This document shows positions 34,091 through 40,000 of a stretch of DNA of 40,000 bases, piece by piece. The stretch's first letter is position 1; the number at the start of each line of letters is the position of its first letter. The stretch covers positions 57,023 through 97,022 of the forward strand of contig JACVCH010000012.1 of the NCBI GenBank assembly GCA_016742175.1, written 5' to 3'. Origin of the DNA: Rhizobiaceae bacterium. Lineage in GTDB: Bacteria > Pseudomonadota > Alphaproteobacteria > Rhizobiales > Rhizobiaceae. Below the pieces are notes generated by a model that made no database searches, was not told where the DNA came from, and was given only the letters and a program-made list of their open reading frames with translations. Both the position numbers and the translations under genes were made by a program.

Positions 34091-34230
34091 AGCCCATAGC
34101 GACCAAGTTTGCCGCGATGCGAAGTGACGCTGCCAAGATGAGGCAGACTGGCGCGCGAAAGCATGCCGCTCTATAATTAGGATTGCGGTGATGGCGAGTA
34201 TCGCGTCGCTGAATCGATGATGGAGCCCGC

Positions 34231-35040
34231 ATGAGCAGCATGGTGATGGAAACTGAGTCCACGGACGCGAAGACCAAAGAGCGAACCGGTGTCCAGTCCC
34301 TTGAGCGGGCCTTCAAGCTGCTCGAGACGGTGGCGTCGCATCCGCAGGGAATCAGCCTCGCCGACCTATCGAAGAGCGTCGGGCTGCACAACAGCACTAC
34401 GTTCCATCTGGTACGCACCATGGTGTCGCTGGGTTATGTCCGCCAGTCGCCCGACACCAAAAAATATCACGTCGGCAGCATGATCTTCGGCCTCGCCGCG
34501 GCTTCGCGCAGCGAGTCGGAGATGGTGGCATTGGCGATGCCTATCCTGGAGGAACTAGCAGAACTGTCCGGCGAGAGTTCTCACCTCGCGATCATGACAG
34601 GGAACGAAATCGTGATCGCGGGCAGGGTTTCCGGAAGCGGCGTGTTCCAGATGCAGGAGCGGACCGGCGGCGTGCGACCAGGGCATGCTACCGCGCTCGG
34701 CAAAGTGCTTCTGGCACCGCTCGCCATGGCGCAGGTGGACAGGTATTTTGAAGCTAATCCACCGACACCGCTGACCGCTAAGACGATGGTCGACCCTCAA
34801 CGCATACGTGAAGAACTGCGCCAGACGCTGTCGGCCGGCCTCGCATATGATGACGGCGAATTTAACGATGAGGCGCGCTGCGTTGCCGCGCCGGTGAAGG
34901 ACTTCACCGGCCAGACTATCGCCGCCATTGGCATTTCCGCACCGATTTGGCGGCTTACGTTGCAATCGCTGCAGGAAAAAAGCTCCCTGGTACTGAAGGC
35001 TTCGGAGAAGCTGTCGGCGGAACTACGCGGCGCCCCATAG
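34231..35040 (+). CDS. IclR-family transcriptional regulator
   Basis: N-terminal wHTH VQSLERAFKLLETVASHPQGISLADLSKSVGLHNSTTFHLVRTMVSLGYV, followed by a C-terminal IclR effector domain of typical length. Confidence 0.9.
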   Translation: MSSMVMETESTDAKTKERTGVQSLERAFKLLETVASHPQGISLADLSKSVGLHNSTTFHLVRTMVSLGYVRQSPDTKKYHVGSMIFGLAAASRSESEMVALAMPILEELAELSGESSHLAIMTGNEIVIAGRVSGSGVFQMQERTGGVRPGHATALGKVLLAPLAMAQVDRYFEANPPTPLTAKTMVDPQRIREELRQTLSAGLAYDDGEFNDEARCVAAPVKDFTGQTIAAIGISAPIWRLTLQSLQEKSSLVLKASEKLSAELRGAP

Positions 35041-35066
35041 CCGTTAGGCTATAAATTCTCCACTCA

Positions 35067-35080
35067 TTTCATATTGTGAA
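35067..35080. promoter_or_regulatory. Conserved box TTTCATATTGTGAA (reverse complement TTCACAATATGAAA) upstream of epimerase 35141
   Basis: Matches the 30891 box at 13/14 positions when reverse-complemented. Lies in the 100-bp gap between the IclR gene and the next gene. Confidence 0.5.
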
Positions 35081-35140
35081 TTTGATTCTCTTAATGTAGC
35101 AGTTTCTCGATGCCCTGTCCGGGCGCGAGAGGAGCTTCAG

Positions 35141-36049
35141 ATGGCGAAGATACTGGTCACCGGTGCAGGCGGCATGCTTGGTGGCGCGATCGTTGACGAG
35201 TTACGGAAGTATGGGCACGAGGTCGCCGGGCTCGATCGGCGCAAAGGTGAGGCCGACATCGCCTGGCATGTCGGCGACATGACCGATCGCGCGCTGGTCA
35301 ACGCGGCCGCGGCCGGCCAGAATGCCATCATTCATGTCGCCGCGCTTCCGAACATTTGGTCGGGCACCGGGGAGGAACTGATCCGCATCAACGTGGTCGG
35401 CACCTGGCAGGTGCTGGATGCTGCCGAGCAGGCGGGCGTTCGGAGGGTGGTGATTTGCTCTAGCGATTCCGTCGTCGGCTACACGGTACGCGAAGGCGCG
35501 ATGCTGCCGCCGCTCTATCTGCCGGTGGACGAGAGCCATCCGCGCCGGGCCACCGATCCGTACGGCCTTAGCAAGGTGCTCAATGAGGACACGGGACGCA
35601 GCTTCGCGCTGCGCGGCAAGATCGAAGTGGTGGCGCTGCGGCCGGTATTCGTGGCCTACGAGGCCATGTATGGCGAATTGCGCGCCCGCGCCGCCGATCC
35701 CGACAACTACACGCCCCGCATGGCCGGCGGCCCGTCCGGGGCCGGCGGCGGCATGGCATGGCACTATGTCGAGCCGCGCGATGCGGCGCGAGCCTTCCGC
35801 CTGGCGCTGGACGTCAAGGTCGACGGCTTCGAGGAATTCTTCCTGTCGGCCAACAATACGCTGGCGCCCGAGGCGACGCTCGAGCGGCTGGAGCGCATTC
35901 TGGGCTACCTGCCCGAGGTGCGAAATCGCGAGCTCTACGAGAACAACCCCTACGCGCCGCTCTACGACCTGACCAAGGCGCGAGAGCAACTCGGCTTCGA
36001 GGCCAAGATCGATCTGCGCTCCGTGCTCGACCTCGACAAGGACAGTTAA
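35141..36049 (+). CDS. NAD-dependent epimerase/dehydratase, paralog of 27349-28206
   Basis: ILVTGAGGMLGGAI and YGLSK. Long collinear similarity to the 27349 product (e.g. VGTWQVLDAAEQAGVRRVVICSSDS vs TGTWAVLQAAEDAGVKRVIVCSSDS). Confidence 0.85.
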   Translation: MAKILVTGAGGMLGGAIVDELRKYGHEVAGLDRRKGEADIAWHVGDMTDRALVNAAAAGQNAIIHVAALPNIWSGTGEELIRINVVGTWQVLDAAEQAGVRRVVICSSDSVVGYTVREGAMLPPLYLPVDESHPRRATDPYGLSKVLNEDTGRSFALRGKIEVVALRPVFVAYEAMYGELRARAADPDNYTPRMAGGPSGAGGGMAWHYVEPRDAARAFRLALDVKVDGFEEFFLSANNTLAPEATLERLERILGYLPEVRNRELYENNPYAPLYDLTKAREQLGFEAKIDLRSVLDLDKDS

Positions 36050-36052
36050 GCG

Positions 36053-36352
36053 GTGCTGGTTCACACCGCGCACCTGACCTGCCGCGCCGATGCGATCGAC
36101 GCCTTCCGCGAGCGCCTTCTGCGCCACGCGACCGCGACGCTCACGGCGGAGGAAGGATGCCTGCGCTTCGACATCCACCAGGATCGCGAGCGGCCGGAAC
36201 GTTTCTTCCTTCATGAGGTCTATGCCGACCAGGCGGCCCTCGATGTCCATCGCCTTGCGCCGCACTACTTGGCGTTTCGAGACGACACTAGCAATCAGGT
36301 CGTTGAGAGGTTGTGGTGGTTCTGGGACCTGCTCGACGGCAAGCGCCCCTGA
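36053..36352 (+). CDS. ABM-domain (antibiotic biosynthesis monooxygenase-like) small protein
   Basis: 99 aa. FFLHEVYADQAALDVHRLAPHYLAF is typical of the ABM/YgiN-like fold. GTG start lies 3 nt after the upstream stop. Confidence 0.7.
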   Translation: MLVHTAHLTCRADAIDAFRERLLRHATATLTAEEGCLRFDIHQDRERPERFFLHEVYADQAALDVHRLAPHYLAFRDDTSNQVVERLWWFWDLLDGKRP

Positions 36353-36356
36353 TAAT

Positions 36357-36370
36357 TTTACAATATGAAA
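36357..36370. promoter_or_regulatory. Conserved box TTTACAATATGAAA upstream of ThDP enzyme 2
   Basis: Matches TTCACAATATGGAA at 12/14 positions. Lies in the 77-bp gap before GTG 36430. Confidence 0.45.
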
Positions 36371-36429
36371 TTGACATTCTCATTGTCGCATGGTGCTCTT
36401 CCACCGGTTGAAAATCGGGAGGATTTCAC

Positions 36430-38229
36430 GTGGCAGGTACGGCACGCAGCGGCGCCGACATCATCGTCGACGAACTCGTCGACTACGGCATGCCCTACAT
36501 TTTTGGGGTGTGCGGACACGGCAATGTCGGCTTTCTTGACTCGGCCTATCGGGCCTCTAACAAAATCAAGACAATCTCGGTTCATCATGAGCAGACAGCC
36601 GGCTACATGGCCGATGCCTATTTCAAGATTAAGAACGAGGCGGTGGCGACCTTCACCTCCTGCGGGCCGGGCTCATGCAACCTGGTGATCTCGTTGGCCG
36701 CAGCGATGGCCGATTCTTCGGCCTTTCTGGCCGTTACTGCGAACGTGCCGACGAGCCAGTTCAACCGCAACCCGTTCCAGGAAACTGGCTTCCAGAACCA
36801 GGGGGACTTTCCCTCGGTGATCCGCCCTTACGTCAAGCGGAGCTACCAGCCGACGCGCGCTGACATGGTGCCGCTGGCGATCAAGCAAGGCCTTCAACAA
36901 CTGACCAGCGGGCGCCCGGGCCCGGTTAATCTCGACGTGCCGCTTAACGTGTTTGTGGAGACGACGGAGAATGGTCATGCGAGCGCCGATCCGGAACTCA
37001 GCAGCGGCTCGATCGGCAATCCGGCGCAACTCGCGAAGGCCGTCGAGGAACTGCGCGCGGCCGAACGACCGGTCATCGTTGCCGGACAGGGCGTACTTCT
37101 CGCCCAGGCCTCGGATGCATTACGATTGTTGGCCGAGAGGCTGCGTATACCGGTGGTCACCAGCCCAAATGGCAAGGGCGCCATTGACGACCGCCACGAG
37201 CTTGCCTTTGGCACGATCGGCCGCAACGGCACCTATTCGGCCAATGAGGCGACCAAGAACGCGGACGTCGTCTTAGCGCTCGGTTTCAGCTTCGACGACC
37301 GCTCGACCAGCGCCTGGCTGGACGGCTACACGTTCTCAGTGCCGCCAACACGGATCATCCAGGTCGACATCGACCCGCAGGAACTCGGCCGGAACTATCC
37401 CACCCATCGCGGCATCCTCGGGGACGTCAGGGCGACGCTGGAGTTCATGCTGAAAGACATAGTCCGCGAGCACCAGGGGGAGATCTCCTCTGCGCGCGGC
37501 GAATGGATCGAGCGGCTCGGCCGTGCGCTCGCGACTTGGAACAGCTTCCAGGCTACGCACGCATCGTCGCAGCAAGTACCGCTTAGACCCGAGCGCGTGG
37601 TAGATGCGCTCAACCGCTCGCTGCCCGAAAACGCCATCGTCGCCTCCGATGTGGGTGTCCACCACAACTGGATCGTCCAGCTACTGGAAACGCGCCGTCC
37701 GCGACAATTGCTGCAGAGCTGGGGCTTCGCGGCGATGGGCTATGCGACGTCTGGCATTCTGGGCGCCAAGCTGGCTGCGCCGGACCGGCCCTGCATTTCC
37801 GTTTCGGGGGATGGCTCGTTCCTGATGACGCCGCACGTGCTGGCAACGGCTAAGGAATACGACATTCCGGCGGTCTGGGTGGTTTGGAACAACCACGGCT
37901 ACGGCTCGATCCGCGACCTGCAGCTTGGCTTCTTCGGCGGCCGCGAACTGGCGACGAGCTTCACCATCGACAAAACGGGCGAACTCTACAGCCCCGACTT
38001 CTGCAAGATGGCGGATTCGTTCGGCGTCGCGTCGGCGAAGGTCGATGCAGCCGACCAACTCGAAGACGCTATAGCCGCGGCGTTGAAGGCCAATGTGCCT
38101 TATCTGATTGAAGTTCCGGTCGATCGCGACATCAAGCCGGTTGGCACCGGAAGCTGGGCGCTTCCCCCGATCCCGCACGCGGAACCAAACTTCCTTATGC
38201 AGGCGCGGCAGATGGGCCTGACCGTCTGA
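36430..38229 (+). CDS. Thiamine-diphosphate-dependent enzyme, paralog 2 of 30942-32723
   Basis: FGVCGHGNVG, HEQTAGYMADAY, TSCGPGSCN and VSGDGSFLM...VVWNNHGYG. Looks roughly 55-60% identical to paralog 1 by eye. GTG start is preceded by GGGAGG. Confidence 0.85.
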   Translation: MAGTARSGADIIVDELVDYGMPYIFGVCGHGNVGFLDSAYRASNKIKTISVHHEQTAGYMADAYFKIKNEAVATFTSCGPGSCNLVISLAAAMADSSAFLAVTANVPTSQFNRNPFQETGFQNQGDFPSVIRPYVKRSYQPTRADMVPLAIKQGLQQLTSGRPGPVNLDVPLNVFVETTENGHASADPELSSGSIGNPAQLAKAVEELRAAERPVIVAGQGVLLAQASDALRLLAERLRIPVVTSPNGKGAIDDRHELAFGTIGRNGTYSANEATKNADVVLALGFSFDDRSTSAWLDGYTFSVPPTRIIQVDIDPQELGRNYPTHRGILGDVRATLEFMLKDIVREHQGEISSARGEWIERLGRALATWNSFQATHASSQQVPLRPERVVDALNRSLPENAIVASDVGVHHNWIVQLLETRRPRQLLQSWGFAAMGYATSGILGAKLAAPDRPCISVSGDGSFLMTPHVLATAKEYDIPAVWVVWNNHGYGSIRDLQLGFFGGRELATSFTIDKTGELYSPDFCKMADSFGVASAKVDAADQLEDAIAAALKANVPYLIEVPVDRDIKPVGTGSWALPPIPHAEPNFLMQARQMGLTV

Positions 38230-38274
38230 CGCAAATCCACGTCACACGCACGCCCGTCCACATCGGAGAACCCC

Positions 38275-39066
38275 ATGAGCAAAAGCTTCCTACCGGTCGA
38301 TCTGTCCGGCTATCGCGTCGTCATCACCGCAGCCGGCTCCGGCATTGGCAAGGTCTCGGCCGAAGGCTTCCTGGCACGCGGCGCGCGCGTCTATGTCAGC
38401 GACATCCAGCCCGAGCCCCTCTCCGCCACCATCGCCGCCACCGACGGCCTGGAAGGCAGCATCGCCGATGTTGCAGATGAAGCCGCGGTCGATCGCATGT
38501 TCGCCGACGCGCTCGCCAAGCTCGGCGGCATCGACGTCCTGATCAACAATGCAGGCGTGCCCGGTCCCGCCTGCGGGATAGAGAAAGTTACGCCGGAGGA
38601 CGTCGAGAAGACGTTGGCCGTCAACGTCAAATCGCAGTTTCATTGCAGCGCCAGAGCGGTCAAGTCCATGCGCGAGTCGGGCGGCGGCTCGATCATCAAC
38701 ATGAGCTCTGTCGCGGGCCGTCTCGCCTTCCCTAACCGCACCCCTTACGCGGCGGCCAAATGGGGCGTCATCGGCTTCAGCAAGAGCCTGGCGATGGAGG
38801 TTGGCCGCGACAACATCCGCGTCAATGCTATCTTGCCTGGACATGTCGAGGGCGATCGATTCCGCAGCGTTTGGGCGCGGCGCGCCATAGAGGACGGTCT
38901 CGAACCTGAGACGGTCATCGACGAGGTTCTGGATCGCGTCGCTCTTGGGCGCACCGTCGCCGTTGAGGACATCGTCAACATGCAACTGTTTCTGGCTTCG
39001 CCCTTCGGTGCATCGGTCAGCGGACAGGCGCTGAGCGTGTGCGGCGGCGTCGAGATGATGCGCTGA
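38275..39066 (+). CDS. Short-chain dehydrogenase/reductase (classical SDR)
   Basis: VVITAAGSGIGKV, NNAG and YAAAKWGVIG. Confidence 0.9.
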   Translation: MSKSFLPVDLSGYRVVITAAGSGIGKVSAEGFLARGARVYVSDIQPEPLSATIAATDGLEGSIADVADEAAVDRMFADALAKLGGIDVLINNAGVPGPACGIEKVTPEDVEKTLAVNVKSQFHCSARAVKSMRESGGGSIINMSSVAGRLAFPNRTPYAAAKWGVIGFSKSLAMEVGRDNIRVNAILPGHVEGDRFRSVWARRAIEDGLEPETVIDEVLDRVALGRTVAVEDIVNMQLFLASPFGASVSGQALSVCGGVEMMR

Positions 39067-39084
39067 GTGAGAAGGAGCCAGGAC

Positions 39085-39912
39085 ATGACGCGGGAATTGG
39101 CCGTCAACTGCTACTCCTACATATGGAAACTGTCGACTTACGACACCATCGCCCACATCGCCGACATGGGCTATCGCGGCATGGAACTGATGGTGAACTG
39201 GCCGCATCTTTGGCCGTCCGACCTGGGCACCGAAGGCCGGCGCCGCGTGCGTCGTCTCCTCGAAGAGCGCGCCATGCGCATCCTGTCGCTCGCCCCGCCG
39301 ATGCTCGACCTTAACCTGGTCAGCCCGGCGCCGGAGATGCGACGCTACACGCTCGACCATTATATCGCAGTCATCAGGCTGGCGGCCGAATGGAACGTGC
39401 CATGGGTGGTCGTGGTGCCGGGCAAGACACACCCCCTGCTGCCGCTGCCCGACCATTATCGCGACCGCTGGTTCGATGACGCTCTTCTGGAATTAGACCG
39501 CGCCGCCGAGGCCGAAGGCATCGAAATCGCGGTGGAAAACGTCCCCAACTCGTTCCTGCCCCATGCTGAGCACTTGATGGAGCGGCTGGCGCTGATCGGC
39601 AATGATCGCATCGGCATCACCTACGACGTCGCCAACGCCGTCTTTGCCGGCGAGGATCCCGCGCATGGGCTGGAGGTCGTGGCGCCGAGATTGCGCTTCG
39701 TCCATTTGTCCGACACGGGCGTGAAGGTGTGGGCGCATGCGAAAGTGGGGACCGGGGTCGTCCCGTTCGATCGGATCGGCGACGCACTGGAGCGAATTGG
39801 CTTCGAGGGTCCCTCCACTATGGAGATCATCTCGGACCGTCCCGACGAGGACATCCTGGCGAGCCATGCCGCGTTGTCGCGGTTTGGCTGGAACGCGCCG
39901 CCGAAGCGCTGA
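39085..39912 (+). CDS. Sugar phosphate isomerase/epimerase (xylose isomerase-like TIM barrel), paralog of 28259-29083
   Basis: LAVNCYSY... vs FAINLYSY..., IAVENVP vs LLLENMP, FVHLSDTG vs LVHFSDTN. ATG 39085 is preceded by GAAGGAG. Confidence 0.75.
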   Translation: MTRELAVNCYSYIWKLSTYDTIAHIADMGYRGMELMVNWPHLWPSDLGTEGRRRVRRLLEERAMRILSLAPPMLDLNLVSPAPEMRRYTLDHYIAVIRLAAEWNVPWVVVVPGKTHPLLPLPDHYRDRWFDDALLELDRAAEAEGIEIAVENVPNSFLPHAEHLMERLALIGNDRIGITYDVANAVFAGEDPAHGLEVVAPRLRFVHLSDTGVKVWAHAKVGTGVVPFDRIGDALERIGFEGPSTMEIISDRPDEDILASHAALSRFGWNAPPKR

Positions 39913-39918
39913 CCTGCG

Positions 39919-40000
39919 TCAGGAGCGGTGCGCCTCGGAGCCGAGACGACGCCGCTCAAGCGCGTAGAGCACCAGGGCTGCGTAGCGGTAGATGCCGTGC
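39919..40000 (-). CDS. 3' end of an unidentified minus-strand gene running off the window
   Basis: The reverse strand reads ...HGIYRYAALVLYALERRRLGSEAHRS* with its stop at 39919-39921. Too short to identify. Confidence 0.3.
   Translation of the reverse strand, partial: HGIYRYAALVLYALERRRLGSEAHRS

Noticed and set aside
35201-36265. 354-aa minus-strand ORF antisense to the epimerase and ABM genes
   Set aside because: It is a typical high-GC shadow ORF. The translation is Arg/Ala/Gly-rich with no motifs, and the plus-strand genes carry clear GxxGxxG/YxxxK and ABM signatures and ribosome-binding sites.
38290-39456. 388-aa minus-strand ORF antisense to the SDR and TIM-barrel genes
   Set aside because: Same shadow-ORF pattern. 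The sense-strand products have canonical SDR motifs, and the antisense product has low-complexity composition.

Overview
High-GC, probably alphaproteobacterial DNA (inference from gene content) in three blocks. (1) nt 1-16922 is an accessory island made of two convergent, translationally coupled operons. The plus-strand operon runs off the left edge. It encodes a truncated large unknown protein, a 244-aa unknown, a 1517-aa DExH helicase with a Cys4 insert, a small HKD/PLD-type nuclease and a 757-aa unknown. The minus-strand operon encodes an unknown 314-aa protein, a DGQHR/DndB-like protein, a tRNA-guanine-transglycosylase paralog (DpdA-like), a second DGQHR paralog, QueE, QueD, QueC and a YhhQ-type transporter. 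Together they read as a variant 7-deazaguanine DNA-modification/restriction (Dpd-like) system, with extra and unassigned components. This is the most interesting content of the window. (2) nt 16923-18900 is an AT-richer spacer. It holds GC-rich hairpins, a non-random array of about 11 TGTGAC/GTCACA hexamers in alternating paired orientation, and a decayed IS5-family transposase, so it is probably the island boundary. (3) nt 18900-40000 is an ordinary-looking catabolic locus. One operon carries an aldehyde dehydrogenase, TctCBA and an FAD oxidoreductase. The rest is an IclR-centred set of oxidoreductases, epimerases, TIM-barrel isomerases and two paralogous ThDP enzymes, which share a recurring 14-bp AT-rich box in their promoter regions. 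No rRNA, tRNA or CRISPR was found. All family calls come from reading motifs by eye; no database search was run.
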